Positions 20,801 through 30,409 are shown, counted from the first letter of the whole stretch. The stretch: 63,044 nt of DNA, filler included, from Nanobdellati archaeon (GCA_013152815.1; 8 parts of 8 records of this genome joined end to end with filler, not necessarily neighbours in it); one strand, 5' to 3'. Numbers and translations are program-made. The notes: generated by a model not told the origin, from the letters alone.

Positions 20801-23800
20801 GTGTTGACCGAATGACCAGCAAGACCAGCCTGGTAGGATGCATTGATCTGCGCCCTAGAGAGTGACCGATTAAGGACAAGCACCTCATCTATCATACCCA
20901 AGAACCCGAGGTTCCCCGATATCGTAGCTTCTACATTAGATGCGACAGCAAGTGATCTATTAGTACCTAACCCAAGAACACCAGAACAGGTGGTTGGTGT
21001 TTGATTGATGACAAGCTTACCGTTAACAAAGGCACGCATAACCCCGGTTGTCCCATCATATGTTCCGACAACATAATTCCAAGCACCTGTTGTAAGGACG
21101 CCAGTGCTTGAGACGTATTGCCGCATACCACCCTCATAGATTGTCCATTCTATGCCATTGTCTGTATCCTGTCCAATCATCCAATAGTCAGACCGATCTC
21201 TTGAAAGAATTCTGTAGGTATCGCTTGTAGGTCCTGTTGAAGTAGGATACACCCATGCTGCTACGGTAAGAGAACAGGTATCCATACTCTCATTGTAACC
21301 AAGATCGATATAATCTGTTCCTGAGAAATTATAGGCCCCCCCAACCTTTCCGTTGGATAGCCACAAAGGAATCTGAGAACTTAAAGTGCCATTGTTGTTG
21401 TTGGTTGAGAAATCAGCGATGGCATTAGATGTATCAACAGAGATGTTAATATCAAACGGCATATTTACAATCGCAATCGAAGCACCAGCCAGTCTCCAGT
21501 CTGTCACGTTTGCAAGAGTATCTCCAGAATCACTGTCGCTCTGGCTGAATGAGACGGTCAGATTATCCGTCGTCAGATTATTGCTTGATGTAGCGTTCAG
21601 CACAACACCACTCACACTCGGAATGTTGTTAACCGTCAATGTCCTTGCAGCAGTCTGCTGCATATTACCCGCCTGATCGATCACATGTGCAGTATAGCTA
21701 TACGTCGCACCCTCACCCAGACCGGAGAACGTATTCTCATACTTATATCGGGAAGCATCATACGACGCATTGATTTCTGCCGCAGAAAGGACCCTATCAT
21801 ACAACTGGATTTCATCAAGAAAGCCTTCAAAGCCAGTACCATCGCTGAAAGTAAAGTATTGACCATCAGGAACCCATGAGCTATTACTAATTGTCGAATT
21901 GGATTTAAGGACACCATTGAGATATGTAGTGAATATGTCCTGATCAGTGTCCCATTCAACAACAAGGTGATTCCAGAAATTGCTCTGAATAGAGAAGATA
22001 GTTGAAGAAACATAGCCTTCGGGAGCTTGTGCAACAATTTGTACCTGTTCTGTTCCTGTTTTTGGTCGTATGAAAATATGGTTACGAGTTGTTTGATAAG
22101 AATCAAAAATTTCTCCATCATTATCACCTTGATTGAGGAAGTCTCCTTTCACCCAAAATATTAAAGTTCCAGTGACAGGAAAGGTTGCTCCATTATAATA
22201 AGAGACGTTAAAAATGTCATTGTTGCCATCGAGGTAAAGACTTTTTCCGTAATAACCTTGAGCCGACCGAGCACCGTTGGTGAGGGATCCATTCTCTCTG
22301 TTCTGTGTCTGATCGTACACCGTCGTTCCAGAGACGTTATCAAACGTCCACCAACCGACAAGCGAGTTGTTCCAGTCAAAGATCACACTATGGTTCGTGT
22401 TATCATCGCTGCTCGTGATGTTGATGACAGCAGAATCTGTCGAAGCAAGCGTCCTGCCATCACTCGGAGTAGGAGAAGCATAACTGATGCTCGGATCGGT
22501 CAGATCGACAGTGACTGTGCTGTTGGCAGCAGCAAACTCGCAGGCAACACTATCACACGCATAACAGTTCCACACCCACGTCCGCTCAGCACTGACAGAC
22601 ACGTTAAACAACGTACTTGCTGTTGTTCCCGACACCACATTCGTCTGGTTCAACTTCCAAGCACCAGACTCATTATGATACAGGCTGATATTCACCAGGG
22701 CAACATCATTCGAAACAGCACACTCCAGCTTCACCGGACTGCCGACAACCCAAGGACTAGCAGGATTCGTCAGGTTGATGGTCATGCCGGTGAACTTCCA
22801 CATGCCCGCAGGAACATTATTCCCACCATCAACAGCATTACGAGCATCGATGACATTCGAACCAGAATTATTACCATAGCTGATCGTCGTCGATGAGAAG
22901 CTATACGTAGATGAATCAAAGTCAGTATCCCAATACGAATTGGCATTCTTTGTAAGCGTTCCCAAGCCCGCTTCAAGATCACCCAACAAGACAAGATCGT
23001 TCATGTGTGTTGTGTTGGCAGAGAGTTGGAACGTCGAAGAAGATGTAACGTTCAACATGTCGACAGTGACATTGACTGTCGTATTCAGCCGCCCGCCGAG
23101 CACGGTGATATCATTCGTCACATCCATCGGCTGGCCAAGAACAGACACGGTCTTTCCCGACCTGTTGATGATAAGGTCGTAGAAGTTCGCCGAGGCATCA
23201 TCAACATGGATCTCTCCGTCGTCGGTCCCCTCGATGATAACAGTGCCTCCTGTTGGGGTGAAGTCACACCCGCTGCCTATGCCCACGGTCCCGTAGGTCG
23301 TATGGATGCCACCGAAGACCCTGATGATGCCACCGGTGATCTGTTCGCTCCAGCCAGAGTTGCAGTGCCAGGGACTATAGGTGCCGCCATTGTACCCATT
23401 GTGACTCACTTCCAGATACCCAGAAGCCATCTTCAAGACAGCACCACTATAGCCATAATAGACACCATAGGCATCGACAGTCTTACCATTGACATCAAAG
23501 ATGCCGTTGGTATGGAGGAAATGCTGAAAGTTCAGGTCTGAGAGGACAGTGACCTTGTAGCCGGTGCTCTTTGCCACATAGAAATAGCTGCCGACGTATT
23601 CTCCCGAGCCCGCGTAGATGGTCGAGTTCCTCGCCCCGTCCATGTGGAGGGCCCCGTTGTCCAGGTAGAAGGACGAGCCGGTGACGTTCACGTCTCCGAC
23701 CACATAGATGTCCGGTGAGTTCGAATCTGCGATGTTTCCTCCTGTGGAGGTGAGGTTCCCTGCGATGTCGAGCAAGGCAGTATTATTATTCATGGAAAGG

Positions 23801-24216
23801 GTGCCGCCGGTCTTGAGGAAGTTCCTCCCGATGGCATGGGTGAAATCGTTGTTCTCCCAGACGCCCTGGACGATGGTCATGTCCCTCACCATAGTGAGTG
23901 CGGATTGCGGTCTCACCTCGTAGCTCGTGGAGGTCTTGTTGATGACGAGGTCGTAGATGGAAGATGACCCTTCAAGCCGTGAGTCCTGGCTGCCGACAAA
24001 GATCAGCCTTCCTGAGTTATGGGTGTAGGTTCCTGAGATGTTCCAGTTCTGGCCGATCCATGTTGTTCCTGAACTAGCTGTATAGGAACCGCCGCTGTCG
24101 ATGAGCAACGAACCAAGATAATCATTTCCTGTGCCCATAACCACAACACCTGACCCCTGCACCGTCAGTCCGCCGGACGCAGAGATGTTCACCGTGCCTG
24201 TCGGTGAGATTACCAT
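17878..24216 (-). CDS. Giant extracellular protein: beta-helix region, two LamG/ConA-like domains, NosD-like beta-helix, Ig-like repeats and a C-terminal pilin/WxL-like module (main frame)
   Basis: LVGWWTFD...WNHLVV...GFLDEIQLYDRVLSAAEI and GKVGGAYNF...WNYVVGTYDG...GMIDEVLVLNRSLS are LamG motifs; N-rich NNxIxNN repeats; many N-x-S/T sequons. Confidence 0.88.
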   Translation of the reverse strand: MVISPTGTVNISASGGLTVQGSGVVVMGTGNDYLGSLLIDSGGSYTASSGTTWIGQNWNISGTYTHNSGRLIFVGSQDSRLEGSSSIYDLVINKTSTSYEVRPQSALTMVRDMTIVQGVWENNDFTHAIGRNFLKTGGTLSMNNNTALLDIAGNLTSTGGNIADSNSPDIYVVGDVNVTGSSFYLDNGALHMDGARNSTIYAGSGEYVGSYFYVAKSTGYKVTVLSDLNFQHFLHTNGIFDVNGKTVDAYGVYYGYSGAVLKMASGYLEVSHNGYNGGTYSPWHCNSGWSEQITGGIIRVFGGIHTTYGTVGIGSGCDFTPTGGTVIIEGTDDGEIHVDDASANFYDLIINRSGKTVSVLGQPMDVTNDITVLGGRLNTTVNVTVDMLNVTSSSTFQLSANTTHMNDLVLLGDLEAGLGTLTKNANSYWDTDFDSSTYSFSSTTISYGNNSGSNVIDARNAVDGGNNVPAGMWKFTGMTINLTNPASPWVVGSPVKLECAVSNDVALVNISLYHNESGAWKLNQTNVVSGTTASTLFNVSVSAERTWVWNCYACDSVACEFAAANSTVTVDLTDPSISYASPTPSDGRTLASTDSAVINITSSDDNTNHSVIFDWNNSLVGWWTFDNVSGTTVYDQTQNRENGSLTNGARSAQGYYGKSLYLDGNNDIFNVSYYNGATFPVTGTLIFWVKGDFLNQGDNDGEIFDSYQTTRNHIFIRPKTGTEQVQIVAQAPEGYVSSTIFSIQSNFWNHLVVEWDTDQDIFTTYLNGVLKSNSTISNSSWVPDGQYFTFSDGTGFEGFLDEIQLYDRVLSAAEINASYDASRYKYENTFSGLGEGATYSYTAHVIDQAGNMQQTAARTLTVNNIPSVSGVVLNATSSNNLTTDNLTVSFSQSDSDSGDTLANVTDWRLAGASIAIVNMPFDINISVDTSNAIADFSTNNNNGTLSSQIPLWLSNGKVGGAYNFSGTDYIDLGYNESMDTCSLTVAAWVYPTSTGPTSDTYRILSRDRSDYWMIGQDTDNGIEWTIYEGGMRQYVSSTGVLTTGAWNYVVGTYDGTTGVMRAFVNGKLVINQTPTTCSGVLGLGTNRSLAVASNVEATISGNLGFLGMIDEVLVLNRSLSRAQINASYQAGLAGHSVNTLVSDETSKGDNWTVAVTPADGLDYGSTSVSNSVSIASAQDYILTSCGTLNDADAKYILASDVNSSGTCFTIAANNITLDCKDYQINYSQSSAGYGITVNGYDYTNITNCDLTIGDLSQTNSYAISISGGASNTSITNVTIFTSGNTGSNTYNFGIYLNNAVYSLIKGNNITAEDGYNGRANVPIYVASGSNNIIRDNRISTNCYTCHGIRINDNNNFIINNTILTTWENSYGLWFYGSDGNQVQNNTITTTKDDAGGDSSYGIYLDNANSNILRGNTVVSYQAPSYMADDASTGNDVDQSNTAEGLPVLYNDSLSGYTYSDADWTATYGQVVCAGCTGMTYDNITMGKDGVLLAGSTNSVIKNSSIIGNASHGVLIFYGSGNNVTDSNISVLQNYIDPVKIRFSNNNIFRNNIINNSNNDYSIYLQNADYNTFVDNTITSTTASGILFYGSTDYENFTGNTITASSYAFNLDSQSTSESYFVRNSLAGSTYAVSGGRGSNHYLFTDNDYNADGFTFSSTSDHYMNLTNATNLDTSNFNSGTTARMFLHEYVDVNATDGQGNAVQSANVYAWNKDDTLDDSGITPASGIRRLTVNTRFFNESTSFNYNNFTINGSKGNINDSEMVNVTGYITVHLLLGSTEPTSPVIDLLPNEPRVADRLWCNITTESSDIDGDKVNYTFAWYKDSVWNRTIQYSPLNYSYLGAGNTSAGEVWNCTVTPYDGSLNGTSSSDKVTINRHPTIPVLSYPVANDSFFINRTPRFNWTNATDPDSDILTYELQVSLNADMTSPLINETNITRDYYQQPTEMDFATYHWRVRSYDGELWGNWTGIWNYTLAKYTSILLETDSVNFGLMSTGEEKNTSEGTPAPFRIENNGNWEVNISVNASPIWTSALAPMDTDYYQFKANGTDEGSTFDRPTSTTSWTNMTNSLQHVITRLNHSDGSDSVALDLRLLVPLDEDPGSKQSSLVFKLTEW

Positions 24217-24495
24217 CGATATAGGCTGTGTCAGCGAGAATAGTGTAGGAACCGGCTGTCAGATTGCCGCTGCTCGTGATGTTAAGCATGTTTCCTGAAC
24301 AGTCAAGATTAGCATCAAGAACAACAACGGTGCTGATCACACACCCGGTCGTCACCGTCACCTTGTCAGAGAGGGAGGTGCCGTTTTCATACCCATCATA
24401 GGGCGTGACCGTGCAGTTCCACACATCATTATCCGAAAGGTTGCCCTTACCCAAAACATGGGTGGCACCCGTCTGGTAGAAGTCATACTGCAATA
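24200..24495 (-). CDS. Upstream, frameshifted part of the giant surface protein, 5'-truncated
   Basis: Reads NDVWNCTVTPYDGYENGTSLSDKVTV, matching the module EVWNCTVTPYDGSLNGTSSSDKVTI in the main ORF. The frames switch near 24200. Confidence 0.75.
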
Positions 24496-24595
24496 NNNNN
24501 NNNNNNNNNNNNNNNNNNNNNNNNNNNNNNNNNNNNNNNTTAATTAATTAANNNNNNNNNNNNNNNNNNNNNNNNNNNNNNNNNNNNNNNNNNNN
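24496..24595. other. Artificial contig spacer
   Basis: N-run with TTAATTAATTAA. Confidence 0.99.
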
Positions 24596-24859
24596 CCAGC
24601 ATGGAGATGATGATGGGCCATGCAAGCGTAAGAAGCGCTTTTTTCGGTTCTTTGATGAACCCATTGATGCGGGCATTTTCCATCCTCCCTGTTCATGACG
24701 GTTTCCTTTTAAACCCTTCTCTTCTTCATTGTTGACTTCATTGTTGGGAAGCTGATGTTATTATCAATATAGAAAAGAAGTGATCTTGTCAAAACCGGCT
24801 CTGTCCCCCCACCCCCCATAACGTTTAAATAGTCCTGTGCTCCAGAAACCCTGAATACC

Positions 24860-26008
24860 ATGTTCCGTCTCATCTATTTTCCTGAAGCCCTGCGGTTCCT
24901 GCGCTTCCGCATCAGAAGAGGGATCCACGGCTATCATGCCTATGCAGGCGACGCAGAACACATCGCAGAGCAGATCATCGGTGATTGCTGGAATGCAGAG
25001 GACCGTTTCTTCCAGACCTCAGCCAACCACTATCCCCAGTTCTTCAGCAGGGATTTCGGTATGATCACCGAGTCGCTTCTGCATCTGGGATACCGTGAAA
25101 AGGTGAAGGACACCCTCCTCTATGCCCTCTCCCGCTTCCAGAAGGCCGGCAGGGTGACCGCAGTTATCACTCCCCGGGGCATTCCCTTCGACTATTTCGG
25201 CCAGGCGTCTGATTCTTTGCCTTTCCTGACGCGAAGTCTTGTTCTGCTCGACGATCCGGTGCTCATCCAGCGCTATCATGCCTTCCTCTCCAGACAGGCA
25301 TCGTCCTATTTCCACCGCATCATCGATCCCAAGACAGGACTCCCAAAAAAAGGTCTCCATCTGGTCGGCATGCGTGACCATGCTGTCCGTGATCAGGGAT
25401 GCTATGCGACCTGCATGGCCGGCATGCTGAAACAGAACCTCCAGAAGCTCCACATCGAAAGCCCGCTCCAGGACAATGACTATGGGTCCCTGCTTCTTGA
25501 GCATTATTGGAAAGAGGACAGGTTCCTCGACGACCTCTCTGGCTACACCGGCTTCACCGGCGACGCCAACCTGATGCCCTTCTACACCGGCATCATCAAT
25601 GACAAAGATCGGTTCAGGCAGGTCAAGGAGAAGATGAAAGAATATCGCCTTGAGCAGCCCTTTCCGCTGCGCTATTTCAATGAGCAGACCAAGGAACACC
25701 GGATGTTCTGGACAGAATTCTTCGTCCCCAACTGGGAGATGGACACGGTCTGGGGCCATCTCGGCATGATGTTCCTCGAGACCGTGGCAAGACTCGACCC
25801 GGAAGGCCTGGAAACAGACCTTGTCGCCTGGAAACGACAGATAGAAAAAGACCAGACCTTCATCGAAGTCCATCATCCTGATGGCAAACCCTATCGCAGC
25901 CTGTTCTATGCTGCTGACGAGGGCATGAGCTGGGCTGCCATATTTTTACGTCTCTGGAGGAACCATGGAAAAACAGGTCATGAGGAAAGGGTTGCAGGTA
26001 AAGTATGA
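24860..26008 (+). CDS. Putative six-hairpin (alpha/alpha)6 glycosidase-like protein
   Basis: YPQFFSRDF (W/FxRD-type motif), YW...FLDDL, TVWGHLG, FIEV..PDG..Y...FY..DE.MSWAA; TATA (TTTAAATA) at 24823. Confidence 0.6.
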   Translation: MFRLIYFPEALRFLRFRIRRGIHGYHAYAGDAEHIAEQIIGDCWNAEDRFFQTSANHYPQFFSRDFGMITESLLHLGYREKVKDTLLYALSRFQKAGRVTAVITPRGIPFDYFGQASDSLPFLTRSLVLLDDPVLIQRYHAFLSRQASSYFHRIIDPKTGLPKKGLHLVGMRDHAVRDQGCYATCMAGMLKQNLQKLHIESPLQDNDYGSLLLEHYWKEDRFLDDLSGYTGFTGDANLMPFYTGIINDKDRFRQVKEKMKEYRLEQPFPLRYFNEQTKEHRMFWTEFFVPNWEMDTVWGHLGMMFLETVARLDPEGLETDLVAWKRQIEKDQTFIEVHHPDGKPYRSLFYAADEGMSWAAIFLRLWRNHGKTGHEERVAGKV

Positions 26009-26624
26009 TATCACCTACGGCTCCAAGGGGACCGTGGTCCTTCTCGGGGGCGTCAGGAAACATCACCTCAAAGGCCATCTCTCTGATTTCTTCATCAGGC
26101 AGGACCATACGGTCATCGTCCCTTCCCTGCTGGTCTCTGATATCGCCGCCAACCTTCCTCAGCTTTCTGTCCAGCTGCAGGCAGTGCTCGACAACGAAGA
26201 CATCAAGGTCCCTGTCATCATCGGCCTGCGGGAAGGCTGCAGCATCGCCATGGCATATTCCTTGGAGGTGCCGGTCAAGAAACTCTTCCTCATCGATCCG
26301 GTGGGCCGGGACTTCAACAGGATCGATACGCTCAGAGCGCTCGCTGTCCGCATGAGGTTGCTCTTCATCCGTCTCCTGCTCTGGCAGTCAGCGCATCGGG
26401 CAGCATCCCTTCTCTTCCTCGAATGCATGGACTACGAAAGGAACATCCTCTCCATCAATCCTCCGATCATACTCGTCGAGCATGAGGATATATTTACGGC
26501 TCACAGGGGCATCAAGGAACTGCAGAAACTCAACCCCAAACTCAAGGTCAGCTACACCACCGGCAACAGACTGGTCACCCGTCGTCCTTATGAGATCATC
26601 ACCCGGTTGATGGCATACTGGTAA
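25965..26624 (+). CDS. Alpha/beta-hydrolase-fold protein, probably catalytically degenerate
   Basis: VIIGLREGCSIA aligns with the GxSxGG elbow but lacks the Ser; VKKLFLIDP follows. Confidence 0.55.
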   Translation: MEKQVMRKGLQVKYDITYGSKGTVVLLGGVRKHHLKGHLSDFFIRQDHTVIVPSLLVSDIAANLPQLSVQLQAVLDNEDIKVPVIIGLREGCSIAMAYSLEVPVKKLFLIDPVGRDFNRIDTLRALAVRMRLLFIRLLLWQSAHRAASLLFLECMDYERNILSINPPIILVEHEDIFTAHRGIKELQKLNPKLKVSYTTGNRLVTRRPYEIITRLMAYW

Positions 26625-26627
26625 GGA

Positions 26628-26915
26628 TCAATTGCCGATATTGAGACCGTATTTTCGGATATTGTATTCGCTTATGCCTGCCATGAGATCCTGGTAGCGG
26701 CTGTTTATCTCGATATAGAACTCCTGATTCTCCTTACGGGAGCCCGGTGTCATCCCTTCCATGAACAGGGGAAAGAGCAGCTGTACTATCTTCTCTGCTC
26801 CCTGGATTTCCTCCTGGTCTAACAACTTCTTTCCGAGATCCAGGAGATTGCTGGCATCAGCCAAGGTGAACGCTATGGCCTTGACAGGCCCTGTTGTCTT
26901 TTGCATTTCCGGCAT
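26628..26915 (-). CDS. Hypothetical protein
   Basis: Helical-looking ORF filling the gap convergent with the hydrolase-like gene. Confidence 0.5.
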   Translation of the reverse strand: MPEMQKTTGPVKAIAFTLADASNLLDLGKKLLDQEEIQGAEKIVQLLFPLFMEGMTPGSRKENQEFYIEINSRYQDLMAGISEYNIRKYGLNIGN

Positions 26916-27125
26916 GGGGTTCCCTCGCTTCCGCAAATCAGGCGCCTGCAGAATTAAGATGGGGGGATGGACTGCATATTTTTATTCCTTTTGGTCACAG
27001 GCTTCTGGCTGTCCGTCATCTTGGCAGGTGTGATACTAACACTTATAAATGCCCTGCTATCCCGCTGCGTGGGCCGGTCCCTTTTCAGGGATTGCTGCCC
27101 AGAAAACCAACAGGAGGTCATGCTT

Positions 27126-27650
27126 ATGGCAGTGAAAGAAGGAGACAAGGTCAAGGTACACTATACCGGCACCCTGGATGACGGAACCGCATTCGACAGT
27201 TCAGAAGGCAAAGACCCGCTCGAGTTCCAGGTGGGGGCACATCAGGTCATCCCCGGCTTTGAGGATGGTGTCATCGGCATGGAGAAAGGGGCCGAGAAGA
27301 CCATAGACATCCCTTCGGAGAAGGCCTACGGGAACCAGAACCCCCAGCTCATCCAGAAAGTCCCCCGTGACAAGATCCCTGCTGACCAGAAGGTGGAGGC
27401 AGGCATGATGATGGGTGTGGGCCTTCCTGACGGCAACCAGATCCCTGCGAAGGTCACTGCTGTGGATGACAAAGAGATAACGATCGACATGAACCATCCT
27501 CTGGCTGGCAAGAACCTGCACTTCAAGGTCAAGATGGAGGAGTATACCGAAGGCAGACTGGAGAAGAAGAAAGCAGATGCCTGCTGTGGGGGCTCCTGTG
27601 TCCATGACGGCGATGACGATAAGAAGGAGCACAAGTGTGACAGCTGCTGA
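27126..27650 (+). CDS. slyD: FKBP-type peptidyl-prolyl isomerase, SlyD-like, with Cys/His tail
   Basis: VKVHYTGTLDDGTAFDSS, VIPGFE, AYG, IDMNHPLAGKNLHF; GGAGG upstream; TATA (CTTATAAAT) at about 27042. Confidence 0.9.
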   Translation: MAVKEGDKVKVHYTGTLDDGTAFDSSEGKDPLEFQVGAHQVIPGFEDGVIGMEKGAEKTIDIPSEKAYGNQNPQLIQKVPRDKIPADQKVEAGMMMGVGLPDGNQIPAKVTAVDDKEITIDMNHPLAGKNLHFKVKMEEYTEGRLEKKKADACCGGSCVHDGDDDKKEHKCDSC

Positions 27651-27667
27651 GGCAGCTCGTCTTTTCT

Positions 27668-29092
27668 TTACTTTTCCCTGTTCTTCTTCAGAAGTTCCAT
27701 GACCTTCCTGCCGTCGGCCTTGCCTTTGAGCTCTTTCATGGCCATGCCCATCAACGCTCCGACGGGTGCATCCTTGTTCTTGGCGATGACGTGCCTGACG
27801 ATCTTCTCTATCTCTGCATCATCGGCGACAGCGAACTTCTTGTAGTCGACCTTCTCGCCCTTGCCTAACGATACGAGGATGTCGATGACCGCTGCGGGCG
27901 GGATCCTGCCTTCATTGAGCCGGGCGAACACCTCATCAACGTGCGGCAGGACATCCATCTCGACATTGAAGCGTTTCCTGATCTCTTTCGGCGTATTGAA
28001 AAGGGTCTCTGCGATGAACAATGCTTTCACTCCTGGATACTTCTTCGCATAGCCTTCTATGTCGATCTGTTTCTTCACGAGCTTGGTGACGAGCTCCTTC
28101 GGGATGGATAAGGTTTTCGAGATACGCTGGATCTTGTCGTCCAGGAGCTCTGCGGCCTCCACCTTGATCCGGCTGACATCGATGACAGGCACATCGGTCT
28201 CAGGATACATGCGGGCAGCTCCGGGCATCGGCCGCAGGAATGAAGTGGTCATGTCTGGCTCTGCTTTCCTGACCTCTTTCTCAATCTTCTTCCCTTTCTT
28301 GATCGACCGTAACTGTCGCTCTATCTCGTGTTCGATGACTTTAGGGATGGATCTGATCTCCTGGAATCCTTTTATCTCGGTCCTTGCACCGCCTTTGATC
28401 GAGACATTCACGTCTTGGCGGATGGAACCGATCCCTCTTTTCATCCCGGCCACGCTCCTGAGGATCATCCCCAGTCTTGCCGCGACAGCCATGCATTCTT
28501 CAGCAGAGGTGATGTCCGGATCCGTCGCGATCTCGATGAGCGGGATGCCCAGCCGGGAGAGATTGTATACGTCGAATTCTTCATTTCTCTCGATGACCTG
28601 GCAGGCCTCCTCTTCCAGGCAGACCGTCGGGATGCCTATCCTCCTGCCGTCCACTTCGACAAAACCGTTCCTTGCGAGGAGTGCGGTTCGCTGGAACCCT
28701 GAGGTGTTGGAGCCGTCGATGACCGTCTTCCGCATGAAGAAGAGCTTCTCCACCGGCTTCGCGTTGAGCAGTTTGCAGACCTGGAGTGCCGTCTTCAATG
28801 CCTCCTGGTTGAGCCCATGGGGAGGTTCCTCGTCGGTCTCCACGAGACAGGTGGAATCATCATATCCCTGATAGATGAAATATTTCTGCTTCTTCTGCTC
28901 GTGGACGGCTGCCTGGTCGATCTCTCCTGTCTCGCCGGCAGAGGCACGGAGCCTGCGCATGATGCGAAAATCCGGCTTGTCTTTCCGGATGATCGTGGGG
29001 CAATCGCAGAAGAGCTTCTTCCCTTCCAGCTGCTGATGGATCTCGAGACCGCACCTGAATCCGAGAGAAGCATAGTCCATTTGATTGTTCAC
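27668..29092 (-). CDS. gatE: Glu-tRNA(Gln) amidotransferase subunit E (short form)
   Basis: GLEIHQQL.GKKLFC.CP, MRKTVIDGSNTSGFQRT, RLGIPLIEIAT, RGIGSIRQDVNVSI, RPMPGAARMYPETD. Confidence 0.96.
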   Translation of the reverse strand: MNNQMDYASLGFRCGLEIHQQLEGKKLFCDCPTIIRKDKPDFRIMRRLRASAGETGEIDQAAVHEQKKQKYFIYQGYDDSTCLVETDEEPPHGLNQEALKTALQVCKLLNAKPVEKLFFMRKTVIDGSNTSGFQRTALLARNGFVEVDGRRIGIPTVCLEEEACQVIERNEEFDVYNLSRLGIPLIEIATDPDITSAEECMAVAARLGMILRSVAGMKRGIGSIRQDVNVSIKGGARTEIKGFQEIRSIPKVIEHEIERQLRSIKKGKKIEKEVRKAEPDMTTSFLRPMPGAARMYPETDVPVIDVSRIKVEAAELLDDKIQRISKTLSIPKELVTKLVKKQIDIEGYAKKYPGVKALFIAETLFNTPKEIRKRFNVEMDVLPHVDEVFARLNEGRIPPAAVIDILVSLGKGEKVDYKKFAVADDAEIEKIVRHVIAKNKDAPVGALMGMAMKELKGKADGRKVMELLKKNREK

Positions 29093-30364
29093 CTAGATAA
29101 GAAACGTATCCTCTTCTATCCGTTCGACGATCTCGCCGCAGATGTTCCGGGAAATGAGTTCCCTGGCATTGTCCGGGTGGTTCGCGAGAAGCCAGCAGAG
29201 CTTGACATAGCCCACATGGCTCAGGACCTTTCCCTCGATGACACCCGCATCCAGGAGGAGCCGTCCTGTGGAATAGACATCCATCGTCGTCAGTCCATAG
29301 GGCCTCTGGGAGACCATCATCACCGGAATCTTCTTCGCGATGGCCTGGACCTTCTTCAGCAGTTCAGGATGCTGTCTGGTATGCTCGTCCATGTCGTTGA
29401 TGGGCATCTGGCCGAAAGCATAGCCTTCGATGACCAGGCCTTCTGCGTTCTTGGCAGCCCAGTCGAGCTCTCCTGCCCTCATGCCCGGATAGGTCTTGAA
29501 CAATGCCACCCTGCCTGAGAACTTCGCCCTCAGGTCCAGTCCCCCTGCTTCCCTGTTGTAGTCCTTTCTGACATAGGTCACTTTTCCGTCGGGTGAGACT
29601 CTCGCGATGGGCCGTCTGTTGACCGGCCGGAAGGTATCCCTCCGTGAGGTATGCATCTTCTTGACATGATTGCCTTCGATGACCAGGCATGCCTTGTCTT
29701 CGGTCGTGTCATGGAGGCATACTCCCACTCCTTTGAAATCTGTCGTGGCGATGAAATGTGCGGCGCAGGTAAGGTTCATGGCTGCATCGGATGAAGGCCT
29801 GTCAGATGACCGTTGGGAACCCAGGATGATGACCGGGATGTCGATGCCCTGGAGCGCAAATGAAAGGGCAGAAGAGACATATTCTATGGTATCGGTGCCC
29901 ATGCCGACGATGATGCCTTTTGGCCTGTTCTTCACTTCCCTGGCTATGGCCTCGGCGAGCATTTCCCAGTGGACCGGTTCCAGGTCCTCTGAAAACATCT
30001 GGAAGACCGTCTCTGTCCTGATGTTCGCGATCCTTGCAAGCTCAGGGACCGACTCGATGATCTGTTCGGGCGTGGTCTGGCTTGAGACCGCTCCGGTCTC
30101 ATAGTCGACCTTTGATGCGATGGTGCCTCCTGTGTGGAGGATGGTGATGTCTGGCAGGTTCGGGTTCTTCTTCACCGGCCGAGGCTTTGCCTCTTTGCTT
30201 GCCCTGCCCTTTACCACCTCGGCCTTCCTGACCTCCTGCTTCTTGACCGAGATGTTGTAGCCAGAGCCGAGCTTGACGATGTAAGAATCATCCTGGTCTG
30301 GCATGAGGATGCCTTCTATGACCTCGTCCTTGAGATGGAGCCTGACGCTGTCGCCGGGTTTCAT
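29093..30364 (-). CDS. gatD: Glu-tRNA(Gln) amidotransferase subunit D
   Basis: VKLGSGYNI N-domain, TGGTIASKVDYETGAV, GTDT, GSQRSSDRPSSD, KMHTSRRD. Confidence 0.96.
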   Translation of the reverse strand: MKPGDSVRLHLKDEVIEGILMPDQDDSYIVKLGSGYNISVKKQEVRKAEVVKGRASKEAKPRPVKKNPNLPDITILHTGGTIASKVDYETGAVSSQTTPEQIIESVPELARIANIRTETVFQMFSEDLEPVHWEMLAEAIAREVKNRPKGIIVGMGTDTIEYVSSALSFALQGIDIPVIILGSQRSSDRPSSDAAMNLTCAAHFIATTDFKGVGVCLHDTTEDKACLVIEGNHVKKMHTSRRDTFRPVNRRPIARVSPDGKVTYVRKDYNREAGGLDLRAKFSGRVALFKTYPGMRAGELDWAAKNAEGLVIEGYAFGQMPINDMDEHTRQHPELLKKVQAIAKKIPVMMVSQRPYGLTTMDVYSTGRLLLDAGVIEGKVLSHVGYVKLCWLLANHPDNARELISRNICGEIVERIEEDTFLI

Positions 30365-30409
30365 ACCCTTTAGGATAGGTTCGGGGTTTTTAAAGGTTGA
30401 GGTCCATCT

